A stretch of DNA of 64,000 bases from the human T2T-CHM13v2.0 reference genome, Homo sapiens, in the NCBI RefSeq assembly GCF_009914755.1, contig NC_060925.1, one strand, 5' to 3'. Both the position numbers and the translations under genes were made by a program. Below the pieces are notes generated by a model. That model was not told where the DNA came from. It saw only the letters and a list, made by a program, of their open reading frames with translations, and ran no database searches. Positions 37,388 through 50,000 of the stretch are shown here, piece by piece (position 1 is the stretch's first letter; the number at the start of each line of letters is the position of its first letter).

Positions 37388-39502
37388 CTGCAAAAATAAT
37401 AAGGGTACACCGCCATTTAAGCCATTAGATAACCACTAGTCAAAAAGCTCAGTAAATATATAATACATGCTGGGCAAAGACCTTGGTAGGATACAAATAA
37501 CTTGACATGGAAAATTTTGATGTTGGGTACAATCTGGCAAAGAAGTAAGACATAGGAAACAATTAACACTATGTAAATATGAGCTAAATTATGTAAACTT
37601 ACAAACAAAAGACAGTGTGATATAGTGGGGAAAAAAGAGGTTTTGAAGATGAGTGTCTTGGTTCATACACCACTTAAAAACTAAATAAACCTGGGTAAAT
37701 TATTCACTCTTTGTGAGTCTCATTTGTTTTACGGAACATTACTGCCCCTTCAGAAGGGTGTTTTCAAGATTAAATGAGATAATACTTGCAAATCACCTAA
37801 TAGTTTGGCTCATAGCAGACATTCAACAAATATTACTATTTTATACATGTTATATAAGCTTAGAGAAAATATCTTAATAAGGGATGCTGAAGAATGGCTT
37901 CAGTTCAGATGGAGAGGAAAGTGTATCCCTGATACAGGAGAAGCAGGAAGAAAAATTATACAAAGAATGAGTATTACAAAAAGGGAAGACATTAAAGAGG
38001 AGAATAATGAGAACTACAATTAATCATATGGGTAGAGCCAAAGTACTGCAATAAGTTGTCAACTGGCCTCTCCATTCCTGCCTCCCTACAATCCATCTTT
38101 CAAGTGGCTACCAAAGAAATTTCATCTTGTTAGTCATTTGCATAAACTCCTTCAATGGCTCCCACTGACTACAGAATTAAAATCCAAGTTCCTTGGGTAT
38201 GGCACACAGGGCCCAGCCTACTTCCCCCAACTTCTACCCAAGTGATTTTTAGAGTAACTAAATTATTGGATGTAGGGCTTTTAAACTCTTTATAACCCCC
38301 GCCATGCAGGGCTGCCCTTTCCCCTAATCTGCCTAGTGAATGGCCAATTGCTTTTGCAAACTTATCTCAAGTATCACTTTCATTCTTTTCCTGATTCCCC
38401 TACCCATTAAATCCCAACCCTCTCTAGTTCCAGAGAACTGGCCATTTTCTCCTTTATCTTCTCACCATTTGTTACATTTCTACTATGGTACCCATAACAC
38501 TTCATTCCATTTACATGATCTTCCTCTACTATAAGAACCATGTCTAGCATATTGCCTGGTAAGCGGCAATAAGTGTTTTTAAAATTATTAACAACAAAAA
38601 AAATTGTATTATCTATCCTAATTATCACTCTCAGACTCTTATTGAGAAATGAGGTTCCCTTTCAGTTTCTTTACTTCAACTGAGTAGATTCTATGAGCCA
38701 AAAGGGACCTAACCAACAGTTTACTCTTCACACTCCCTCCCTAATTAAATGGCTATCCAGTTTAGACCTGAAAAAAGAGACGCAGAGCACACATCAGGGT
38801 AGGCCATTCCCATTTCCAATTGTTTAGTTAGAAAGCTTTTTCTTAAGTAGAACCGTAAACTGCCCCCATTTAATTTCCACTCACAGTATACCTGGTCTAC
38901 CAGAGAACAAAATCGTAAGAGCATCTGGCACACAAATAGACACTCAAAACATTTTTTTAAAGCAAAGCATTTACAAACCTGTATTGAAAAAGTGCTCTTT
39001 GAGACAAAAACATAGAGAGGGAGATACAATATTTTGAAAATGTCTCAATCTTTTTGGATAAGACTTTTACAAAAGGATATATGAACTTGGAGGTGAAGAT
39101 TCCACCTAAACATTAGAAGTATTAAAATATTTTCACGTATTTAAATTCCCAACTTGTTTAGCTCTTTCCTTTTCTAAACACCAACTCTAAGCTCAAGTGA
39201 CTTCAGCAAACATTTTAGAATCTGGCCCATCATCATACCACTGCAATCTCTGAATAACTGGTTTTGGCAGCCAGAAGAAATATACAAAGAAAAGGAATTT
39301 TTAGTCAGAGAACACAGGAGGCGCCTGAAAATCAAGAAGTAAATGGTTCTCATAACGCTCTTTTCTTTCAGTTTCTCTTATTTATCCAGAATGTCTTATC
39401 CTTGTCCCACATTTTTTAGGTTAACTACCTTATCACTGACACAAGCAATTAGAAAAAAAAAAGAATACTGCAAGTGTAAATTCACAAAGCCCATATTCTC
39501 AC

Positions 39503-39616
39503 CTTTAAATAATTCATGACGCCAATATTTTTCATCCGGTTAGCAAAAGTATTGAAACTCTCCATGTTGCTTTTGGGATGATAAAATAGAATTTCACTTC
39601 CGAGCTTCCAAATAAT
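39503..39616 (-). CDS. TAF1A: TAF1A exon 4 (114 nt)
   Basis: ctttgacag / gtgaga; [38 protein letters not shown]. Confidence 0.95.
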
Positions 39617-40616
39617 CTGTCAAAGCAGAAATTACTGCCAAAATGTAAAATTTTTGCCTTAACCAATTTCTGTCTAAGATATTGTTTTCCTGATTACAAC
39701 ATTAATAACCTGTGATTCCTTTTCCAGAGACCACTACCGTCAACATTTTACTCTACTTTGCCATGTAAAATTAATACTACTTCCTTATGTGATAGAATAG
39801 TTTTAACCTTTCAAATTTCTATTAAAATATCAGATAGTATAATAGCATCATTATTAATTTAGTAGTTTAAAGAAAGTAGACAGTTAAGATACATATTTAA
39901 TATAAAATGTTTAATTGGTATGGAAGGAAGAATATTAAAGTCAGAAAATTTGGGTTCTAATAATATTGGCTTCTTCATTGGTCTCAGCCTCTTCTTCATC
40001 ATCTGCAAAATGAGGGCAACAAACTACACATTTCCTGAGAGCCCATCAAATTCTACAACTATTGACTACATTTATTCTATATTTAGAATGCCAATTTAAG
40101 AATTTTGATTAGCTATGGACAAATCTTAATAAAAAAATATTTTATCCTCAGATCACCAAAACTTTGGCGGCAGAACTTGGAGCTCTTTTTTCATGAGAGC
40201 AAATCTCTATTTCGCTAACCTCAATTTAAAGTAATCAATAATACCAACTTCAAAGTAAATTACACTGAACTGTAAATCAATTATTTCTATGAACATACAT
40301 ATTGGTTATATGTGGATACACACACTATCACTGCTATAGTTATATATGATACACATATTATCATTTGATATAAGGATCCTCATCTTCCCAACTCAGAGAT
40401 ATCAAGATTTCATTTGTAGAATATCACACTGTAGTATTTGGGAGCTTAAAGAAAACCTGGGTCTTGGATCACCTACCACCAGGGATGGGTAAATGCAGGG
40501 GGGGAAGAAAAGCAGGAAAAAAAAAAAAAAGAAAAAACTTTGAGATTATGATAGCTATTCTCACCACCAGTGTACACAGTAATTACATGGGACACCAGTT
40601 AAAAATAGGTATTCTG

Positions 40617-40870
40617 GGCCAGGCGCGGTGGCTCACACCTGTAATCCCAGGATTTTGGGAGGCCGAGGCGGGTGGATCACGAGGTCAGGAGAGTGAGACC
40701 ATCCTGGCTAACACGGTGAAACCCCGTCTCTACTAAAAATACAAAAAATTAGCCAGGCGTCGTGGCGGGAGGCGGAGCTTGCAGCGAGCCAAGATCGTGC
40801 CACTGCACTCCAGCCTGGGTGACAAAGTGAGTGAGACTCCATCTCAAAAAATAAAAAAATACAAATAAAA
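40617..40870 (+). mobile_element. AluY with internal deletion in right arm
   Basis: AluY diagnostics accatcctggctaacacggtg and gcggagcttgcag; right arm jumps gtggcggg->aggcggagc. Confidence 0.9.
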
Positions 40871-41604
40871 GATACTCTGACTCAATAGACAGGGGTGGAG
40901 TAAAGGAATTTATACTTTGAATGAAAGCCCTAGGTGATCCAAAGAGAGCCAAAGAAGTGCTCAAAAACCACTGATCCAATTCCTTCATTTTACAAAACAA
41001 AATCTGGACAACAAGAGGCTGTAACATGTTCAATGTTTTACAGGAGTATGTAACTTAAGTCCATAAATTAAATTTTCAATGAATGGTTAAACTTTTTTTT
41101 CAGCTTCTCTTTTTTATTTTTTTTGCTCTAGAAGATAACTAATTGATGCAATGGTGACTGTGTTAGTAAAACCTATGAGACACTCATGTCAAGTTATTTG
41201 TGGGTAAACTGTCTTTTACTGAAGAAATTTAGCAGTATATGCCAGGCACTGTTTTAACCCTGCCCTGTGAAATTTACATTCTATGTAGAGAGACAAACAA
41301 TAACCAAGAAATATAATTAAATTGTCAACTGTTAGAGGAAAAGAATGCAGCAGGACAAGGAGATCAGGAGTGCCATTCAGAAAGTGCAGGTTGCAGTTGG
41401 AGTAAGGCAATTGCAATTTTAAATAGTCAAAGTAGGCCTCAATGAAAAGGGGCCTTGAAGGAGGGTAGCTGCAGTGATAGCTGAAGAAAGAGCTTTCCAA
41501 GAACTGGTTAAGGCAAAGGCAATCAGTCAGGAATATGCCTGGCCCATTCAAGTAAGAACAAGGAGACCAGTGAGGATGGAAAAGAAAAAACAAGCAGGAT
41601 AATA

Positions 41605-41929
41605 CAGGTTGAGTATCCCTTATCTGAAATCGTTGGGACCAGAAATGTTTCAGACTTGAAATTGTTTCCGCTTTTTAAATATTTGTATATACATAATGAG
41701 ACTGGGGATAGGACCAAAGGCTAAACATGAAATTCACTTATGTTTCATATACACCTATACATATAGCCTGAAGGTAATTTTATATAATATTCTTAAAATT
41801 TTGTGCATGAAACAAAATTTGTATACATTGAACCATTAGAAAGCAAAGGTGTCACTATCTCATGTCAGTAATGAAAAAGCTTTGAAGCATTCTGGTTTTC
41901 ACATTTTTGAATTCGGAATGCTCCACCTG
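41605..41929 (+). mobile_element. Tigger4/MER46-type TcMar element inside an L2 remnant (about 41220-42100)
   Basis: ta-caggttgagtatccctta...ggaatgctccacctg terminal inverted repeats. Confidence 0.8.
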
Positions 41930-42099
41930 TTTCAGGAGATGAAGTCAGAGAGGTCAAACAAGGAAAGGAAGTGAGCACATCACATAGGAATTTATAGGCA
42001 ATTATGACTTTGGCTTTTACTGAATGAAATGGAAAGCTATTACAGTGTTTTCAGCAGAGGAGTGACATGATCTGATATGTTTTAAAAAGCTCACTCTGA

Positions 42100-43600
42100 A
42101 TCATTAGTCATTAGAGAAATGCAAATCATAACCAGGATGATGCCACTTCACAACCACAAGGATGACTATTATCAGTAAGACAGGACAATAACAAAATATT
42201 GGCAAGGATTAGAGAAATTAGAAGCCTCAGATATTGCTGGTGAGAATATAAATGGTATGGCCACTTTGGAAAACAGTCTGGCAGTTCCTCAAGAGGCTAA
42301 ACATAGTGTTACCATATGACCAGCAATTCCACTCCCAGGTGTAGACCCAGGAGAAATTAAAACAAACGTCCACACAAAAACCTGTACACAAATGTTCGCA
42401 GAAGCATTATTTCCAATAACCGAAAAGCAAAAACAACCTAAGTGTCTAACAACTGATAAATGGACAAATAAAACATGGTATTTCCATATGACAGATTATT
42501 TGGCAATAAAAGTAATGAAGTACTTATACATGCTACAACATGGATAAACCATGAAAACATTATGCCAAGTGAAAGAAATCATTTACAAAAGGCCACATAT
42601 TGTACAAAACCACTTATATGAAATGTCCAGAATAGAAAATAGATTAGGCTGGCCATAGTGGCTCACGCTTGCAATACCAGCACTTTGGGGAGGCCGAGGT
42701 GGACAGATCACTTGAGGCCAGGAGTTCAAGACCTGCCTGGCCAACAGAGTGAAACCCAGTCTCCACTAAAAATACAAAAAACTAGATAGGTGTGGTGGTG
42801 CATGCCTGCAATCCCAGCCACCCAAGAGGCTGAGGTACAAGAATCACTTGAACACAGGAGCTGGAGGTTGCAGTGAGCAGAGATCATGCCACTGCACTCC
42901 AGCCTGGGCAACAGAGCAAGACTCCGTTTCAAAAGAAAACAAAAAAAGAAAAAGAAAGTAATAGATTAGTGGCTGCCAGTGTCCGGCAGCTGTGAGGAGG
43001 AATGGGGAAGGACTGCAAGTGGGTACAGGGTTTTGGTTTCATGGGAGAAAAAAAAGGTTCTAAATTTAGAGTGTGGTAATGGTTGGTTGCACAACTCTGT
43101 AAATGTATGAAAATACATTGAATTGTACAATTTAAGTGGGTGATGGCGTATAAAAAACGTCTTGATAAAACGAAAAAAAAAAAGGATCACTCTAGTTGGA
43201 AAAAGAGAACAACTCTTTCAAGAAGTTTTGCTGAAAGAGAGTAAAACAATGAAGTATAGTCTATGGGGGAAGTTTGGGTCAAGAGATGATTTTAAGATAG
43301 AATAGGCTGGGCATGGTGGCTCACACCTGTAATCCCAGCACTTTGGGAGGCCGAGGCAGGCGGATCACGAGGTCAAGAGATTGAGACCGTCCTGGCCAAC
43401 CTGGTGAAACCCCGTCTCTACCAAAATACAAAAAATTAGCCGGGCGTGGTGGTACATGCCTGTAGTCCCAGCTACTCAGGAGGCTGAGGCAGGGGAATCA
43501 CTTGAACCCAGGAGGTAAGAGATTGCAGTGAGCCGAGATCGCGCTACTTCACTCCAGCCTGGCGACAGAGCAAGACTCCGTCTCAAAAAAAAAAAAAAAA
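42100..43600 (+). mobile_element. L1MB-like 3' end with AluS (42647-42955), followed by Alu (43305-43600)
   Basis: L1 3' UTR motifs; TSDs aatagatta and aagatagaata. Confidence 0.85.
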
Positions 43601-43874
43601 GATAGAATAACAAAATTTTTACATGATGATGGGAAACATCCATAAAGAGGGGGGAAAAGGAAGAATTATTGGAATGAACATTTTAGTCCCCTTTAAAATA
43701 AGAGGTAAAAAGAAGTGTGCAAAAAAGGTCCCAATACAAACTCTCCACTCAAAAGTAGTTTTAGTAGCTTTTAGCAAAATCACTGAGATTCTGTAAAAGC
43801 TACTGTAGGTGAAGCTGTAGGCATAAACTTCTGGGAATCTATCATTTCTTCCAGCAAACTCAAATTTTATTTAC

Positions 43875-44044
43875 CTCAGGTGCAGCCTGCCTTTTGTAGC
43901 TATCTGAATCTTCCAAGGTCTGAAAATAACTGTACATGTATTCTGCAGCTTGCTGCCATTGGTGCTTCAGCAGAGCTTCTTGGATAAAACTTAAACAAGC
44001 ACTTGTTGTCTGAGCAAAATCCTTCCTCCTTTTCCCTCCAATGG
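43875..44044 (-). CDS. TAF1A: TAF1A exon 3 (170 nt)
   Basis: tttttatag / gtaaat; (A)[56 protein letters not shown]. Confidence 0.95.
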
Positions 44045-47000
44045 CTATAAAAACGAAAAAGAAGAGAGTTTTTATCCAAGTGGCTCCAGTTCAACTATTC
44101 AAAAAACTTACTTCTGATAAGAAGTTTTAACAAGTAAACAGTAGGCATTACTTGACCCAGCCCATTCCCAGTACCAAAGCCAGCTTCACTTGAAACAAAC
44201 CCTTCTACATTATATTAATTATTTTTAGCAGATAAAAACATTTCTAATTTGATGTTTTGGGGCTACTAGAGTCACCAGATCCTTTAAATCTGATTCAATC
44301 ATCCTTTCATCCTTGTACCAAATAATTTGCGGAGAATCTCTCAAACAGGCCCCCAAAAGCACAGTCCCAGGTATTTAGAATGGGTAAAATGTCAGGGTCA
44401 TTCTAGGCAAACATGGTCTTTATTACCTACCCATGTTCTGCAAACCCCAAGTGGGCTTTTATTTTTTAAGGACCAAATTCCTAGTAACTCAATGATATTA
44501 TATACAAATGAGATTAAAACAGTTGCAAAAATTAGCATTTATATCTCTAAAGTATTGGCAATCCCAATGTTAAGAACATTTGGGCTTAGATACAGTGCTA
44601 TTATATGAATGACTAGTTACATTGCTACATCTTCTTATCTTCCCACGTAACTATGAGACGCCTCTAGTCCAGCTGGGTAATTGTACCCCAGTAAGTACAC
44701 AAAGACCAACAGGTACTTTACAAAGATACTTTTAAAACAATTAACTTGCAGATATTTGATTTCCTTACATACTCTTTCCACAAGTTAATCTCCTAGACAG
44801 CTGTGCCTACATAGTCAAAGCTTCACAATCAAAATCATTACACACTATCTGAAGGTGAAAACACAGGTGTTGAAAAAGTAAATAACTCTAACATCTCCTT
44901 TTGCAAGTTAGGCAATTCCCAATTCTTTGCTCATCAAAACTGCAGAACAACGTAATTTTTTACAATAAATCATTATGCAATTTTTCATCAATAATTTAGA
45001 AAAAATTCACAGACCTGATACACGGCTATAATTAAACTCCATTCACTGCCATCTACTTACTTATGTGACTAAGGTTTCTCAGAATTTATGTCAATTAAAA
45101 AAAATAGCAGAATCAATGCTAAATGTTTTCTCATTCTAGAAATACATAAAAGTCACCCACAAATACATAAAAAATTGGGGAAAAGTTTTAGATAACTTCA
45201 TTAAAAAAAAAAAAAAAAGAGTCTTGCTCTGTCACCCAGGCTGGACCGCACTAGCACAATCACAGCTCACCATAGCCTCGACCTCCTGGGTTCAAGTGAT
45301 CCTTCCTTTTGGCCTCCCAAAGTGCTGGGATTATGAGCATGAGCCACCACACCTGGCCAACAACACGTTTAATACACGTTATATTGATCAGCTGTGTACA
45401 ACTATTAATGACAGCAATGTCTCAACCTAGAAAAAGTTTTAATTCTTAAAACTTACAGGATATAAACAAAAAAGTATAAATATTGATACATACTTTTATT
45501 GCAAGAAGTACAACAAAAAGGAACATAAAATGTCCATCTATTAAAAGCTTGTTCATAATTTTTTTTAAAATGAATAATGCAAGGTATTAAAACCCTATGC
45601 CATTCCTGTGCTATTTGGACTCCATCACATATAAAGTAATATATAGTCATTTAAAAATACCAACATGCTGGAAATTTTATCTCTTGCAAATATTAAACAT
45701 ACAATAAAATTTTTTCAGATGATTCCTTAAAACTATGCAAGGTAGTACTCAATTTTTCAGAAAAAAGTAGGGGATACAAAAGTGAAAAGTTTGAAGACTA
45801 CTGTGCTAGACTAGTGTTCTCAGACTTTTGAATGTACATACAAATCACCTGGGGACCTGCCCTTGCTACTCAATGTGGTCCTGGCATGCAGCAGAAGTAT
45901 CACCTGGAATCTCATTACAACTACAGAGTACTATGCCCAGCTCTCTCAATCAGAAGCTGCATTTTATAAGATCTACACCAAAGCTGCTCGGCATCAGTGG
46001 CAATACCTGCCAGCTAGCCTAGGAAACTGACAAAACACCTCGTCCTTAAAACATCCCTTATTTACCTAAAGGAGAGAACTGTTCTCAGGCTAAGCTCCCT
46101 TCTATCGCTCAAGCTTTCACAACTGAGATTATAAATTGACTTTAGATAACTATACCTAAATGTTTGGAAAATACTTTTGTCTTCCAACCTAGCCTAGCTA
46201 CCTCAGGAAAAGTTCTCCTCTCATTTCATTCTTTAATGAGCAAAAGATAGTCTTACTTGATCCTGATGACTTTAAGAAAAAAAAATTGTCAAGGAAAACA
46301 CATTTTTACATGGAATAGAGATGTACAATAAAGAACTAGTGTCATCAACCTAACTTCTAATATGCTACTCAAAGAATCTGGAAACTTATCAATCTGTCAA
46401 CAAGTATTTTTTGGGCACCACTGTGTCCCAAGCACTATCGCAGGTACTCATCATACAGCTTCAATCCAGACTGGCCCTGTCTTCAAAGTTTTTATTCTAA
46501 GGGGGTTGCTGGGCATGCCCTTCAAAAAGCCAAAAGATATCTACCAGCATAAAAAATAAATAGAACAATTGTTAGGCAATTTTGTTTTCCTATTATGGTT
46601 AATTACCAGCACAATGTCAATATTAATTGCAAGTATTTTCTCATTGCAGACCAAAAGTATTTTCGGTTTAACAGGCTATCCATGACATATAAAATATTCC
46701 TAAGCATGTAAATTTTGGTCTTTGGTCTTAAACCTATCTGCTTGCAGACTGACTCAGACTTTCTATAGAACACTGGTAACAGAAACATACCCAAGTATGA
46801 CTTAACTATAGGAAATTTAAATTACTAGTTTGTTCCCTACCAGGGATGCGGTAGCACTACCTCTGAAGTATCATTCATTCAAATCTGCCTTAAGCCATGT
46901 GCATTAATCTAGCAAAAATAAAATGAGGAGAGGAAAGGCACTATTATTTTTCAACACTCATTATGCATGAGATACTATGCTAGGTACTTTACATATATTG

Positions 47001-47388
47001 TCTCATTTTTAAAAATGCATCTCAGTCGTTAAAAGTGTAAGCTTTGAGATCAGACAAACCTGGATTTGACTCCTGATACCACTTAAGAGTTTAATGTCTT
47101 TGAGATTCAGTTTCATCCTACCTAAACTGCCTAGCATAAAAATTTATTGAGAATTTACTGAGATCATTAAATGGGATGATACTTAGATCAAAAGAAAAAA
47201 ATGGAAGCGAAATTTTAGGAGCCAAGGAATCTCTGTCAAGGGGAGAAAAGGCTGGGCAAAAAAACACATATTTAAGGGCAGTAAGTAAAATGCTGGTTCA
47301 AATGTAATCCCAGGACTATACCACTCAATATGCCAGCATACAGATAATAGCTTCTTTTATTTATACTTATATTAAATATATTCTTATA

Positions 47389-47500
47389 GGGAATTTATCC
47401 CATAGAAAAACATACTTGCATTTATATTAGATAAAAATGGGGGAAATTTTATCCCATAGAAAATCATGCTTGCATTTACATTAGATAAAAATGGGGGAAA
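47389..47500. repeat. Tandem duplication, period about 54
   Basis: tttatcccatagaaaa.cat.cttgcattta.attagataaaaatgggggaaa at 47394 and 47448. Confidence 0.9.
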
Positions 47501-47515
47501 ATGCTCTTTTATCTA

Positions 47516-47807
47516 GGCCGGGTGCAGTGGCTCATGCCTGTAATCCCACCACTTTGGGAGGCTGAGGTGGGCAGGTCACTTGAGGTCAAGAGTTCAAGAA
47601 CAGCCTGCCCAACATGGTGAAACCCTGTCTCTATTAAAAATACAAAAACTAGCCAGGCGTGGTGGCTGGTACCTGTAATCTCAGTTAATCGGGAGGCTGA
47701 GTAGAATCACTTGAACCTGGGAGACAGAGGTTGCAGTGAGCCAAGATCTAGCCACTGCACTCCAGCGTGGGCAACAGAGCAAGACTCTGTCTCAAAAAAA
47801 AAAAAAA
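47516..47807 (+). mobile_element. AluS
   Basis: Dimeric Alu with A tail. Confidence 0.9.
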
Positions 47808-48188
47808 TCTATTACACGATCAATTCTATTCGAAATAATTTCAATGCAATTCAACAGCAACTTCTTGAACACTTCCTAGGCATGTTTTCCTCAATGGCAG
47901 AGACCATATCTTCACCTATGACTCCCCAATATTTAATCAATGCCAGAGATAAAAGTGCTCAGTAAGTATTACTGGAAAAAATGTGTATCTAGCATAATAC
48001 AGACTATCTATTATTAATCCAAGGGCAAAGAATTCTAAAAGAAAAAAGATTTATTTTGGCTTTTAGCCAAAAAACCCTCCACATATTCCTCTTGAAAATT
48101 AAACCAGTCTGGTTATTCATTTTGTATCCCTATTGAATCTTACCACCTCCTTAAAGTTAAAATGGCTCAATGTTGTTATTTTACTTAC

Positions 48189-48309
48189 CCACAGTTTCTA
48201 CGTATGTTTGAAGCCAAGGAAAATGCATTCCTGCACCACTGAGCACAGATGTTTCCACTTCTTCATCATCTGTCACAGGCCCTTTTAATTCTTCACTGAA
48301 ATCACTCAT
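48189..48309 (-). CDS. TAF1A: TAF1A first coding exon (exon 2; exon starts 48311); TBP-associated factor RNA Pol I subunit A (TAFI48, SL1 complex)
   Basis: taatag|GT ATG; MSDFSEELKGPVTDDEEVETSVLSGAGMHFPWLQTYVETV, donor gtaagt at 48188. Confidence 0.96.
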
Positions 48310-49429
48310 ACCTATTACAAGATGAGATATCAGTTACTTTCTGTACATCTTAATCCACAGTCTTCTGAGTTGTACAGAAAAACGGCTATCTTTTTATCTA
48401 ATAAATATAATTTGATTAGCAAAATGCATTATACCTGTCAGCTCTTTTAAAGTAAAAAATGAATTTAACTATGTCAGCAACAGCCAAAATGAATGATCCA
48501 TTAAAGACCGAACCACTAATGTTTCAAGTCCATGTAAAGATAAATAAGATACTGCCCCTCTAATTTAAAAAATCTCAAGTCTAGACGAAGAAACAGCAAA
48601 ACGTATAATAACAAAACAATATGAAAAGTACAGTAAGAATAGAAGTAGCAGCTAATATTTATTAGGCCCTTACTATGCACTAGAAGTATAAATTATCTAA
48701 TTTAATCCCCACAGCAATCCTGAGGTGGGTACTATTACTTTCTTCCATGTGAAGGTTGAAAAAACTGAGGGGCTTAGTGAAATGATGGAACCTGCCTAAC
48801 ATCACAAAAAATGGTGAGGACGATAGTCTAGGAAATAGAACACCAAACTACTTGGCATGACTAGAATTCGAGGTGCGTGTGGAGGAGGGGTGCGGAAGGT
48901 GAGAAACGAACCTAGAAAAATCATCATAAGCCAAGGTGAGTTTAGACTTACTCCTAAAGATGCTCAGGGCCCCTTCCTCATTACCCATATGAAATCGAGT
49001 ATTAGTGCCCCTGATACTACCTCCAAATTTCCCCTATTTCCCCTCTTCAATCCTACAGCACTACTCTAGTTCAAGACCCCTTCAAACAGTGCCTAGATTA
49101 CTGCATCAGCTTTCTAAACAATTACCCTGGCTCAGATTTTGCATCTCTGCATTATACCCAGAGTAAACCTTCTAAAATCAAAGCATGTGGCTAGGAGTAT
49201 GAATTATAAGTAACAACTGAATTTGAATCCGACCCATCACGTGTTTTCAGGAGTAGTTACACAAATCCTCCCTTTCCAAATCCTCAAAAACCCAAATTGG
49301 TGACCCGCAGTTGCCACGGCAACCAAAGCTTCTCTATCCCCTTCTTTCGTTTTCAGACCCCAAGGGTTTCAGGTATTAGGAGGAAATATCAGGAGAACAT
49401 GGATGAATCCTGACACACCCCTTCCCGTT

Positions 49430-50000
49430 TCATTTAAACGCAGGAACCACGGGCGATATCTGCGGCACTTACCCGCCTAAATTTAGAGCTCCTCAGTAAA
49501 GCTAAACTCAGTCTCCGACTCCGGCCCACGTGAAGAAATTCCCACCGGAAGACGAGTTAGGAGAGCTTTATATGAGCAGGCGCTAAACCTGGTTTAGGTA
49601 TTTAGGCAGCGCGCGGCCCGGCTCGTAACTCCTCCTGCGGCAGCAGGCGTATTGTTGGCCTCGCCTCGACCCCGGAAGTGACTTCTGGAAGTGACCCAGG
49701 AAGTGACAGTGAGCTGCCTCTCTGCGATTGGTTTTGCCCGAGTTTTATTTTTGTCTGTCTCAGCTAGAAAGTGGGAGACTTTCATTTAAAATGGAAATTG
49801 GGGCGAGGGGTTGGCGGCTGGGCGAAGGGAGCATTCAAAAGCGGAGAATGTCACTTTACCCGAGAAATTCACTACGATGGGCCATTGGTTTCTGCTCGGC
49901 TCGCAGGCGCACTGCACGAGTGGAGGTGTGGCTAGTGCCTGTGATGAGATAAATCCATGCATAGCCTTTTCATTGCGAGCTTGAAAGTTCTTTTCTATTA
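49430..50000. promoter_or_regulatory. CpG-rich bidirectional promoter (ETS/GABP x3, CCAAT, NRF1-like)
   Basis: High CpG density. GGAAGTGAC at 49674, 49687, 49699; ATTGG at 49727 and 49884; cgcaggcgca at 49902-49911. Confidence 0.85.
49473..49660 (-). other. TAF1A: TAF1A non-coding exon 1 (5' end approximate)
   Basis: Consensus donor CGG|gtaagt at 49472 within the CpG-rich region. TSS inferred just downstream of the ETS cluster. Confidence 0.75.
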
